DNA of 64,000 bases. Source: an uncultured Planctomycetales bacterium. GTDB lineage: Bacteria; Planctomycetota; Phycisphaerae; UBA1845; PWPN01. Shown here piece after piece: positions 38,682 to 47,078 of the stretch. The notes beneath the pieces are model-generated. The model did not search any database. It was not told where the DNA came from and worked only from the letters and a program-made list of their open reading frames with translations. The stretch covers positions 15,253 through 79,252 of the forward strand of contig CAZZFA010000008.1 in assembly GCA_964653435.1 (NCBI GenBank), read 5' to 3'. Position numbers and translations under genes: made by a program. The number at the start of each line of letters is the position of its first letter. The first letter of the stretch is position 1.

Positions 38682-41420
38682 ATGAAGCGCAGTTACAGGG
38701 TGTTCCTCGGCGTGGTCTTGGGCGGTGTTGCCCTGGCATTCGTTCAGGTTGCCCAGGGCGGCGAAGCCGGAACCAACGGGTCGGTCAACTATGCGCGGCC
38801 CTTCGAGCCGCCGGCCCATCCGGCGTTCCTCCCGCTGCCTCCCGGCGCGGTGGAACCCGCCGGTTGGCTGCGTGACTGGTGCCTGGCTGCGCGCGACGGT
38901 TACACCGGCCACATGGACGAGTACGACGATGAGTTCAAGCGGGCCTGGGCGCCCGATCACAAGATGACCGGCGAAGGACTCCTTTGGTACAAAGGCGCCT
39001 GGCCCTACGAAGGAGGCGGATACTGGTTTGACGGCCTATCCCGTCTGGGCTTCGCCCTGCACGATGAGGCGCTGATCCAGCAGGCGAAGAGGCGCCTCTA
39101 CGCGGTGGCCGACCACATGAATACCAACGGCCTGCTCTTCCTCTGGTGGCTCGACAGGAACAATCCCGGCGACCGGAAAGCGGTCACCGCCGCTTTGGAG
39201 GGCTGGCCGCTCTGGGCCTGCGGCCTGCTGGGGCGTGCCATGACCGGCTTCTACGCGGGGTCCGGCGACAAGCACATTCTGGAGGCGATGGAGAAGGCGT
39301 ACGGCTCCGACCCCGACTGTCTCCGGTGGATCACCGGCAGCATGTCGAACGAATGGCCGGCCTACGATGCCTACAGATGGAGCGGCAACAAGGGCATCGC
39401 CGACGCTCTGGACGCCATGTTCAAGAAGGAAGGGACATCGCTGGTGCCGACCCTTATCCGCTACCGAAAAGCGCCGGATCTGAAGCCGGGCACAATGGTG
39501 GACAACGAACACGTGGTCGGATTCATCGAGTGCACCACGCCCTGGGCGGTCGGCTATCTGTGGACGGGCGACGCGAGCTACCTGCAGGCGGCCGTCGGCT
39601 GGCACGACTTGCTCGAACGCATCGCCATGCAACCCCACGGCGTCCCTGTCTCCGACGAGTGGTATGGGCCCACGGGCGCGTTCCGGGGCAGCGAGACCTG
39701 CGACGTGGCGGGCTACGTGTGGAGTCAGGTCTGCCTGCTTTCCGTGACCGGCGAAGGCCGGATGGCGGATCGGCTCGAGCGGGCGTTCTTCAACGCGGGG
39801 CCGGCCACCGTGTCGCGCGATTTCAAGACCCACGTCTATTTCCAGAGTCCCAACCGGTTCGCCAACCTGTCGCCGGACTTTCCGCACGGCCCCAGGGCCG
39901 GAGGCGGCGCCTATCAGCGGAAACACTCACCGCTCTGTTGCACCGCCGCGCTCAACCGCATCGTGCCGTGGTATGTCACGCACATGTGGATGGCCACCTG
40001 GGACAACGGCCTGGCGGCAACCTGCTACGGCCCCTGCAAGGTGTCCGCGCTGGTGGCCGACCGCGTGCCGGTGGTGATCGCCTGCAAGACCGACTACCCC
40101 TTCAACGAAACGATCGAGATGTCCGTGCAACCCGCGCGCGAGGCGGTCTTCCCGCTCGACTTCCACGTTCCCGGCTGGTGCACCGTTCCCTCCCTGAGCG
40201 TCAACGGCTCACCCGTAACCGTCGAGCGCAACGCCAGGGGATTCGCGCGCATCAGCCGAAGCTGGAAGCCGGGCGACACCGTCCGGCTGCACCTTCCGAT
40301 GACCGCAAGTCTCAGGACTGGACGCGACGCCGCATCGGGCCCGCCTTATGACGGCGCCCACAGGGCCACACCGGTGACGATACCGGAGGAAAACAGCATT
40401 CGGGGCGTGCCTTACGCCTCCGTTTCGTATGGCCCGCTGCTCTTCGCACTGCCCATCGCGGACACGACCGACGCCAACACGCCCGATCCGTCCGCCCGGT
40501 GGCAATTCGCGCTGGACGTGCAGGCCCCCGGCTTGACCGTGGAGCGCACGGCGATGCCCGACAGATGGGATTGGCCGCTGGCAGCGCCCCTGAAGCTGCG
40601 GGCCAACGCGGTCGAAGTCGCCTGGAACCCCGACTCGAAAGCCCCCCGGCTGCCGCTGCTGCCGACTCCAAAATCGAAACCGGTCGAACCAGTCACGCTC
40701 GTTCCATATGGCTGCACCAAGTTCCGGATCTCGATGTTCCCTGTCACCGCCGAGCCGGAGGTCAGGCCGTCGGCCATCCGCCGGATTCTGTTTCTGGGTA
40801 ACAGCATTACCTTTCACGCGCCCAAAGAGGAGATCGGCTGGACCGGGAACTGGGGCATGGCAGCCAGTTCCGAGGACAAGGATTACGTCCACCTTGTCAC
40901 CCGCGCCATCGCTCACCATACCGGTTCGACGCCCCAGATCAGGGTTAGGAACATCGCGGATTTTGAGCGCAACTACGCGACCTACGACGTGGCCGGACAA
41001 TTGAAGGACCTCTTCGCGTTCGACCCTGACCTGGTGGTCCTAGCCATCGGCGAGAATGTACCGGCGTTGGGTTCCGAGGACATCAAGGCGCAATTCAAGG
41101 CTGGAGTGATGAAGATCCTGGGATGCGCCCTGGCGAAGCGCCATCCGCTCGTCGTTGTGCGCGGTTGTTTCTGGGCCGATGCCGCCAAGGACCAGGTGCT
41201 CAGCCAGGCCTGCCGGGAAGCGGGCGGCATTTTCGTCGACGCCGGCCCGCTCGGCCGCGATGCCGCCAACGCCGCGCGTGCGGAACGAACCTTTGCGCAC
41301 GACGGAGTGGCCGGGCACCCTGGCGACCGGGGGATGCAAGCCCTCGCTGACGCGATCACTCAGGCCGTCCTCCGGCGCGCCGTAGGTGAAGGCACGCAGC
41401 CGGCAGCAGCGACACGATGA
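38682..41420 (+). CDS. GH127-like (beta-L-arabinofuranosidase family, DUF1680) fused to C-terminal SGNH/GDSL hydrolase domain
   Basis: Signal peptide. GSETCDVAG and HSPLCCTAALNR match the Glu/Cys and Cys-Cys zinc/nucleophile motifs of GH127. C-terminal ILFLGNSITFHAP is SGNH block I. Confidence 0.8.
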   Translation: MKRSYRVFLGVVLGGVALAFVQVAQGGEAGTNGSVNYARPFEPPAHPAFLPLPPGAVEPAGWLRDWCLAARDGYTGHMDEYDDEFKRAWAPDHKMTGEGLLWYKGAWPYEGGGYWFDGLSRLGFALHDEALIQQAKRRLYAVADHMNTNGLLFLWWLDRNNPGDRKAVTAALEGWPLWACGLLGRAMTGFYAGSGDKHILEAMEKAYGSDPDCLRWITGSMSNEWPAYDAYRWSGNKGIADALDAMFKKEGTSLVPTLIRYRKAPDLKPGTMVDNEHVVGFIECTTPWAVGYLWTGDASYLQAAVGWHDLLERIAMQPHGVPVSDEWYGPTGAFRGSETCDVAGYVWSQVCLLSVTGEGRMADRLERAFFNAGPATVSRDFKTHVYFQSPNRFANLSPDFPHGPRAGGGAYQRKHSPLCCTAALNRIVPWYVTHMWMATWDNGLAATCYGPCKVSALVADRVPVVIACKTDYPFNETIEMSVQPAREAVFPLDFHVPGWCTVPSLSVNGSPVTVERNARGFARISRSWKPGDTVRLHLPMTASLRTGRDAASGPPYDGAHRATPVTIPEENSIRGVPYASVSYGPLLFALPIADTTDANTPDPSARWQFALDVQAPGLTVERTAMPDRWDWPLAAPLKLRANAVEVAWNPDSKAPRLPLLPTPKSKPVEPVTLVPYGCTKFRISMFPVTAEPEVRPSAIRRILFLGNSITFHAPKEEIGWTGNWGMAASSEDKDYVHLVTRAIAHHTGSTPQIRVRNIADFERNYATYDVAGQLKDLFAFDPDLVVLAIGENVPALGSEDIKAQFKAGVMKILGCALAKRHPLVVVRGCFWADAAKDQVLSQACREAGGIFVDAGPLGRDAANAARAERTFAHDGVAGHPGDRGMQALADAITQAVLRRAVGEGTQPAAATR

Positions 41421-41442
41421 CGGAGGAAAGGATAAGCGAGGT

Positions 41443-41464
41443 GGCGTTGTTGATCGGTCAAGCC
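41443..41464 (+). repeat. Partial third copy (3-prime 22 nt) of the 81-bp repeat
   Basis: ggcgttgttgatcggtcaagcc matches ggcgtcgttgattggtccagcc at 19/22 positions. Lies 23 nt after the GH127 stop. Confidence 0.5.
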
Positions 41465-42015
41465 TGATCGACGGGCATTCGCTCACCCCCACCAGGAATC
41501 CCAGCTCGTCATACCGGATGTCGGGCGGGTTACGCCGGCACACTCCGAACGGATCAAACGACGGCCAGCCTGACCGGCTGGCAGTCGTCCATCCCCATCG
41601 CGACTCACGGCTCGTCAGGCTGGGCGTCGCGATCGTTCAGCGTCCGGTTGATGGGCGCTGCGTTACGGCAGCGGCGATGTTGGATCGGCAAACGCGACTG
41701 CCATAAGCCTGTGCCGAAAACGCGGACGACCGACAGAGGAGCAGTGGTATTTCGGCACCGCTCGGTGTTCAGTAACTCGTTATCTGAAAAGGTGTTAGCT
41801 CCTATGCCGTAAATCGACTATATAGACAATTGTGATCAGTGACCAAGTGGTCGTCCTTGATGGGCAAGGCGGTTCGTGGCTGGCGTAAGTACCGACGTAA
41901 ACGGACGGCGAGGAGCGAAGCCGCCCCGGTGGTGACGTAGGTAATTTGATCTTCCCAGGATTCCCCGGGGGATCGGGGCATTGGATGGTCGCATTCACTT
42001 GAGGAGGTTACGCCT

Positions 42016-42045
42016 GACGGCTCGTTGACGAGGGAACGAGCCGTC
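42016..42045 (+). promoter_or_regulatory. Perfect 11-bp-stem hairpin upstream of the first island ORF
   Basis: gacggctcgtt-gacgaggg-aacgagccgtc, 31 nt before the ATG at 42077. Confidence 0.4.
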
Positions 42046-42076
42046 ACGCGAACGGTGGTCGTTCGGAGGTATCACC

Positions 42077-42298
42077 ATGAATCCATACAAGCTCAGAGCC
42101 ATCGTCGAGCTGGTCCGGCGCCAAGGCAAACTGCCGACGGATCGTTGGGGGTGTGTATTGAGCCCTGATGATCTGCTCGTCTGGTTCGGGTTGAACAGCG
42201 ATCTGAGCCCGGAGGAGCAACGTGAGGTGAAGCGGGAGTTGGCCGCGCTGGCTGATGCAGAAGCCCTCGTGGATCGTCTGCGATCGGTACGGCCGTGA
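42077..42298 (+). CDS. Hypothetical protein (73 aa)
   Basis: GGAGG RBS. No recognised family. Confidence 0.5.
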   Translation: MNPYKLRAIVELVRRQGKLPTDRWGCVLSPDDLLVWFGLNSDLSPEEQREVKRELAALADAEALVDRLRSVRP

Positions 42299-42379
42299 AC
42301 GATTTCATCGATCATGTGGATTGTTCGGGATAGCGCCGGCAGCCAGCGGTTTGCGGGGGGCGGAGGTCGTCAGACTTCG

Positions 42380-42425
42380 TAAATGTTTTCCCCGCCGGGG
42401 ACCGGTCTCACGCCCTAAACATTTA
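42380..42425 (+). promoter_or_regulatory. Inverted repeat TAAATGTTT / AAACATTTA flanking a GC-rich near-palindrome
   Basis: 9-bp arms at 42380-42388 and 42417-42425. The spacer contains ccccgccgggg. Lies in the 230-bp gap before the 42529 ORF. Confidence 0.4.
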
Positions 42426-42528
42426 GCGATTCTGCCGACCGGCGGCCCCCCGCTGACCATTCGCTCTCTGACGGTTCGCAGACAAGCGTGCGAACCGCCG
42501 ATGAGCGGCGTCGCCGGAGGTAGTCGAA

Positions 42529-43122
42529 ATGGAAATACGAGAAGCGAGTGTACAGGAAATGGTGTGTGCGGCCAGCGAGGGGCGAGGCATCAGCGACGGA
42601 GTTGAGATTGCCGAGTCTTCTCTGCTACGGGTGGAGCGCGACAGGGGCTACGGCAGCGTGCCCGGCCTGGACGATGATGAGCTGGCGGACTCCGCGGAGC
42701 TTGAGCAACAGGTCTTCCTGGCAGACTGGGGTCCGATCCTTGCGTTGCCTTGCAGGGGCTTCGACGGCGGGATTCGGCCTGTCATCGACGAGTTTGGGAA
42801 ACTCGACTGGGGCGCCTTCGGTACCTGGGATTACGAGCGCCTCAAGGGGCCATTCGACAAGGCGAGATACAAAGCCGACAAGCTCCAGGAGCAGCTCCAG
42901 TGGGCGCTCATCATGTTCAGCATGGTGCAGGAACGGTTGTCGGTGCAGGCCAGGGTGGATGTGGCGGTCCGCATCCGTGGCGGCGTGGATCTTGACGACT
43001 TCGAGGACATGAACGAACACGCATACGCCCGCTGGTATCTTCGATCGCGACGCCTTCGCAACGAGATTCGGAGGCTCCGGGCGGCGAGCTGGCGCCGGCG
43101 GTACGGGAAGCACGATGCCTGA
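42529..43122 (+). CDS. Hypothetical protein (197 aa)
   Basis: GGAGG RBS. Acidic N-terminal half and basic C-terminus (RRLRNEIRRLRAASWRRRYGK). No recognised family. Confidence 0.55.
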   Translation: MEIREASVQEMVCAASEGRGISDGVEIAESSLLRVERDRGYGSVPGLDDDELADSAELEQQVFLADWGPILALPCRGFDGGIRPVIDEFGKLDWGAFGTWDYERLKGPFDKARYKADKLQEQLQWALIMFSMVQERLSVQARVDVAVRIRGGVDLDDFEDMNEHAYARWYLRSRRLRNEIRRLRAASWRRRYGKHDA

Positions 43123-43203
43123 GGGCATCGGCTTGGCTGCCTCGGGTCGGGTCGCTCAGACGCGGGCGACCCAACCCAAAGCGGTCGCACCGGAGGTACG
43201 AAA

Positions 43204-43461
43204 ATGAAGACAACAGATAAACGGTTCTTGGTCTATAACCTGACCGATGCGGTACTGGCTTGCCCGGAACTGCTGACCTTGGCTGAGGCGCGGAGCTTCA
43301 TCAGGAGCTTCCCGGAGAGGTTCGCTCAGCAGGGATACTACCTGACAGCAACCGGCGAGAGGATCAGGCCGGAGCTCGTCGAGTTCGACATGGTGGACGT
43401 GGGGGCAGACCCACCCCTCGGCCTCAGATCGATGGCCCAAGCAACTCATTGGGGGTGGTGA
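43204..43461 (+). CDS. Hypothetical protein (85 aa)
   Basis: GGAGG RBS. Overlaps the next gene start. No recognised family. Confidence 0.5.
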   Translation: MKTTDKRFLVYNLTDAVLACPELLTLAEARSFIRSFPERFAQQGYYLTATGERIRPELVEFDMVDVGADPPLGLRSMAQATHWGW

Positions 43462-44303
43462 AGACGAATGGCTCCCAAACACGGCAAATCATCCGGCAGG
43501 CTCTCGATGACCTGGCGGCCGCCTTGGAGGCGGGCGAGAGCGATCGCCTGCGGATTTACCTGGCCAGCATGGCCAGGTTCCATCGGTACAGCCTCGGCAA
43601 CATCTTCCTGATTCACATGCAGTGCCCGCGGGCCTCGCGAATTGCGGGTTACGGGACCTGGCAAAGACTCGGTCGGCACGTGCGGCGAGGCGAAAAGGCG
43701 ATTCGCATCCTGGCGCCTGTCGTCTGGAAGGACCCCGACGACAAGGACGACAAGGCCCACCTTGTGGCGTTCAAGACGACCTGCGTGTTCGACATCTGTC
43801 AGACGGAGGGCAAACCGCTCCCCGCCTTCGCCACCGTCGCCGGCAACCCGGGTGGCCATCTGGCGCGCCTGAAAGACTTCGTTCGGGAAAGCCGCATCTC
43901 GCTGGAATACTCAGATCGGACCGGCGCCGCCGAGGGGATGTCCCTCGGCGGCAGGATCGTGATGAAGTCCGGCCTGAAGCCGGCGGAGGAGTTCGCCGTG
44001 CTCGCGCACGAAGCCGCTCATGAACTCCTGCACGCAAAGGCGGAGTCTCGACCGGAAGAGAAAGCCGTTCGCGAGACCGAGGCAGAGGCGGTAGCCTTCG
44101 TGGTCTGCCAGGCAGTCGGGCTGGACACCAATACGGCCGCCTCCGATTACATTCAGCTTTACCAGGGAGACAAGGACACGCTGTTGGCGTCGCTGGAACG
44201 GATCCAGCGAACCGCCGCCACGATCATTCACGGCGTTTTGGACGCTGATCGGCGCGCTGATGATGAGGCGACCGACGCGATCGTGCCTCTTCCCGGGGTG
44301 TGA
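43449..44303 (+). CDS. ardC: ArdC-like antirestriction protein (ssDNA-binding N-domain plus HExxH metalloprotease domain)
   Basis: YSLGNIFLIHMQCPRASRIAGYGTWQRLGRHVRRGEKAIRILAP is the ArdC-N/DUF1738 type. C-terminal LAHEAAHELLH. Confidence 0.8.
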   Translation: MGVVKTNGSQTRQIIRQALDDLAAALEAGESDRLRIYLASMARFHRYSLGNIFLIHMQCPRASRIAGYGTWQRLGRHVRRGEKAIRILAPVVWKDPDDKDDKAHLVAFKTTCVFDICQTEGKPLPAFATVAGNPGGHLARLKDFVRESRISLEYSDRTGAAEGMSLGGRIVMKSGLKPAEEFAVLAHEAAHELLHAKAESRPEEKAVRETEAEAVAFVVCQAVGLDTNTAASDYIQLYQGDKDTLLASLERIQRTAATIIHGVLDADRRADDEATDAIVPLPGV

Positions 44304-44335
44304 AGAGGCTCGCCGCGTAAGACGGCGGGCCCAAG

Positions 44336-44626
44336 GTGAAAAACATGCAAACACAAAAACCAGTTGCAAGATTCCGCGCAGGTCAGGTGAGCTGCGCGTT
44401 GTGGGAGAACGAGATCACCGTCGGCGGCAAGCGCCAGGTGGTGCTCAGGGCCACAGTCGACCGACGCTACAAGGATCGGGAAGGCGTCTGGAAGACCTCG
44501 CAGAGCTTCTCGCGGAACGAGATCCCGTTCGCGATCTACGTTCTGCAGAAGGCGTTTGAGTCAATGGTGAGCAAGCCGGATGAACAGGATGCGCCAGAGG
44601 TTGTCGAGGAGGAGCGGGTGATATGA
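44336..44626 (+). CDS. Hypothetical small protein (96 aa), possibly nucleic-acid binding
   Basis: ARFRAGQVSCALWENEITVGGKRQVVLRATVDRRYKDREGVWKTSQSF... with an acidic tail. Any resemblance to PC4/YdbC-like ssDNA binders is weak and unverified. Confidence 0.45.
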   Translation: MKNMQTQKPVARFRAGQVSCALWENEITVGGKRQVVLRATVDRRYKDREGVWKTSQSFSRNEIPFAIYVLQKAFESMVSKPDEQDAPEVVEEERVI

Positions 44627-44679
44627 GCGCGCCCGAGTCGCCGGCGGAAGCGCCGGGGATGCCATCCCCGGCAACCCCT

Positions 44680-45927
44680 CTATCCGCGAATCTCGAAGTT
44701 CATCCGGACGGCCTGGTAGATCTTCTCGACCAATTCCTCGGAGAGGTCGAGGGTGATCTCCCGGGTCCGGCCGTAGCGGCCGTGGGAGACGACCCGCGTG
44801 CGGGCCAACCCGTACATGTCCAACTCGTCGAGGAGATCCCCGAAGGCACGGCCGGTCATCGTGCGCATGCCGGTCCGGTCGCAGAAAGACTTGTAGGCAT
44901 CATAAGCATCGCCGGTGCCGACGGGCGCGCCCTTGGCTCGGCTCGTCGCCTCGATGACGGCAGCCATGGCGGCCTGCAACTGCACCGGGGCCGAACGAAG
45001 CAATGTGAGGTAGCGGTCCCGGTCGAGTTCCAGGGCGGCATCATCCACGAGGGCCAGGGTGAGCTTGCTTCCGGCCTTCTCGGCCAGGTACGCGCTCTTG
45101 CCCAGCAGGGCGACCGCCTGGCGGGCATCGCCGTGGTCCTGGCTGGCCATGGCCGCGATCTTCTCGACGACGCCGGGGTCCACGCTGCCGGGAGTCAGCG
45201 CCTTCTCTACGCGGATGCGGAGGATGTGCTGGAGGTCCATGGCATCGTAGGGCTTGAAGATCAGTTCGTTGAGCTTGAGGAAGGACTTTGCCCGCGGGTC
45301 CATGTGATCGGGCCAGTTCAGCTTGTTCGAGACGAAAACAAGGATCAGTTTGACCTGGATGCGCTGAGGGAGCCGACGCACGAGGAAGGTCAGGAATGCG
45401 TCGCGGTCGCGCCGGACGTTGTCCACTTCATCGACGAACAGAATCAGATAGCCTCGGTACTCGCCCAAGGCGGCCTCGATTCGGAGCATGAGCTCCTCGA
45501 GCGAGATGCCCTTCTTGTAGCGCTTGCTTGCGTTGAAAAGACACGCCAGGTCGTTGAGAGCCCGGAAGCACGGCCGCGGCGTGGACAGGTCCAAGTGCTC
45601 ATGCCGCACAGGCACGTTCTTGGCGCGGGCCATCTCCGCGAGCAGGTTCAGGAAGAAACTCAGCGTGAGTGTCTTGCCGGTTCCGGTCTTGCCCCAGATC
45701 GCCAGATGGCATGGGTGATCACCGCGCAGCACGCCGGCAAAATGGCTGCTGAGCTCCTGAATTTCGGCATCGCGGACATTTGCATTGAAGATCTCTTCCA
45801 GGACCGCCAGCTGCTCCGACCGGATGAGTTGCTCGTCATCCAGGAAGCGCCGGTCCTTGATGATTGCGTTGCCGACCATGTGCTGGATGCGGCTGGCGAT
45901 CTTGGATCGCACGGTTGTTGGTTCCAT
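44680..45927 (-). CDS. Orc1/Cdc6-type AAA+ initiator-like ATPase with C-terminal winged helix
   Basis: GGAGGTG RBS before ATG 45927. Walker A LAIWGKTGTGKT, Walker B LILFVDEVDNV, PRAKS, KPYDAMDLQHIL, HGDARQAVALL. WH domain GDLLDELDMYGLARTRVVSHGRYGRTREITL. Confidence 0.88.
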   Translation of the reverse strand: MEPTTVRSKIASRIQHMVGNAIIKDRRFLDDEQLIRSEQLAVLEEIFNANVRDAEIQELSSHFAGVLRGDHPCHLAIWGKTGTGKTLTLSFFLNLLAEMARAKNVPVRHEHLDLSTPRPCFRALNDLACLFNASKRYKKGISLEELMLRIEAALGEYRGYLILFVDEVDNVRRDRDAFLTFLVRRLPQRIQVKLILVFVSNKLNWPDHMDPRAKSFLKLNELIFKPYDAMDLQHILRIRVEKALTPGSVDPGVVEKIAAMASQDHGDARQAVALLGKSAYLAEKAGSKLTLALVDDAALELDRDRYLTLLRSAPVQLQAAMAAVIEATSRAKGAPVGTGDAYDAYKSFCDRTGMRTMTGRAFGDLLDELDMYGLARTRVVSHGRYGRTREITLDLSEELVEKIYQAVRMNFEIRG

Positions 45928-46113
45928 TGGAAAACCACCTCCAGATGTGTCCAGTGGAAGCACATGTATAAAAAGCTTTCGGCCGCCAGACGGAGTGACG
46001 TTCGAGTGGAACATCGCCGCAGGCCGCGGATGCGTCCCTTTGTTTCTGGTGTTTTTCCAGAAGGTGCCGGGGCCTGCGAGGCCCGGGGTAAGGTTTATAA
46101 ACGTCGTACCTGT

Positions 46114-46168
46114 GTAGTAGTAGTTAGTAGTAGAAAAAGAGAAGAGAAAGAGAAGAGAAAGAGAAGAG
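46114..46168 (+). repeat. (GTA)n-like tract followed by three perfect tandem 11-mers AAAGAGAAGAG on a 37-nt all-purine run
   Basis: gtagtagtagttagtagtag at 46114-46133. 11-mers at 46136-46146, 46147-46157 and 46158-46168. Lies in the intergenic region upstream of the Orc1/Cdc6 gene. Confidence 0.9.
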
Positions 46169-46289
46169 GCGCTGCAGTGGAAAACTACTCACACTGACAG
46201 CACGGGATCGATTCCCGTGATCGGTCCAGGCGGCGGTTCACCGGACAGCGAGCGAACCGCCGCAAGCGCGGTTGGCTGGAGGAAACACA

Positions 46290-46556
46290 ATGTGCAGAAA
46301 CAAAGATGCCGCGACGGTGATACGAGCCCTCGACACGGCCCTTCTGGAACAGGCCAGACGGTGGCAAGCCTTCATTTCGAGATGCGGCGCTGCGAGTGAT
46401 ACCCCTGGGGGGGATTGGGCGGAGGAGTTTTGCCTGGTCGTCCACAACCGGCTGGCCAAGCTACGGACACAGCAGACGCCGGCACAGGTGTGCCGGGCGA
46501 GCCCTGGAAGGCGCCAAGAGGAGAAGGCGCCTGACGGCGAAACGGAGGATTCGTGA
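46290..46556 (+). CDS. Hypothetical protein (88 aa)
   Basis: GGAGGAAACACAATG start context. No recognised family. Confidence 0.5.
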   Translation: MCRNKDAATVIRALDTALLEQARRWQAFISRCGAASDTPGGDWAEEFCLVVHNRLAKLRTQQTPAQVCRASPGRRQEEKAPDGETEDS

Positions 46557-46707
46557 ATCCCGCAAAACTGGAAGCTCCTGAAACTCTGAGCCCCTTTCAC
46601 CCGCATACAGTAATGAGAGACATGAAAGGCGCCCGTACTCAACTCACCGGCGGATCGCTCACCAGCGGGCGACCCGCCGGGAGGGCGGTGGCCTGGAGGC
46701 AAAACAA

Positions 46708-47046
46708 ATGGAACACACACCCAATATCGACGCAGCGGCGATGGAGAAGCTGATGGCCGACAGAAGGCAGATGGCCGATGTGGTATTCGACCGGCTTCTG
46801 CTGTCGCGATATCACCGCAGCTTGGCTGACTTGGAGCTCCTTCCGGACCCGGAGGGGAGGCAGGAAGCGGATCATGTGGCCGAGTTCTGCTATGAAATCG
46901 AGGACCATCTGCGGGCTCTGCTACGCGAGCATCGCGGGGAAAGCCCGGAACAACTCCAGCGAAGGAAAGCGGCAATGGAAACGGGGGATGACGGAGTCTC
47001 ATTAGATCCAGCATCTGACCCGGCGCAAGAGCCGGGCCAACCGTAA
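46708..47046 (+). CDS. Hypothetical acidic protein (112 aa)
   Basis: GGAGG lies 8 nt before the ATG. No recognised family. Confidence 0.55.
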   Translation: MEHTPNIDAAAMEKLMADRRQMADVVFDRLLLSRYHRSLADLELLPDPEGRQEADHVAEFCYEIEDHLRALLREHRGESPEQLQRRKAAMETGDDGVSLDPASDPAQEPGQP

Positions 47047-47078
47047 ACTATTTATAGAGGGGCCGCCATTAAGGCCCC

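Noticed and set aside
41421-42076. Searched the chromosome/island junction for a tRNA or tmRNA integration target and an adjacent integrase
   Set aside because: I could find no cloverleaf-compatible sequence or T-loop (GGTTCGAATCC-like) motif by eye. The ORFs here (41795..41998, 41802..42047 on the minus strand) have implausible compositions. A proper tRNAscan or Infernal run is still needed.
46114-46168. Tandem repeats considered as a CRISPR array or minisatellite
   Set aside because: The units are 11 bp with no spacers, there are only three copies, and there are no cas genes. The array is far too short for CRISPR. I interpret it as an iteron-like or polypurine element instead.
46238-47014. 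258-aa minus-strand ORF in the region after the candidate origin
   Set aside because: It is Pro/Arg/Ser-rich and lies antisense to two plus-strand ORFs (46290..46556, 46708..47046) that each have a well-spaced GGAGG site.
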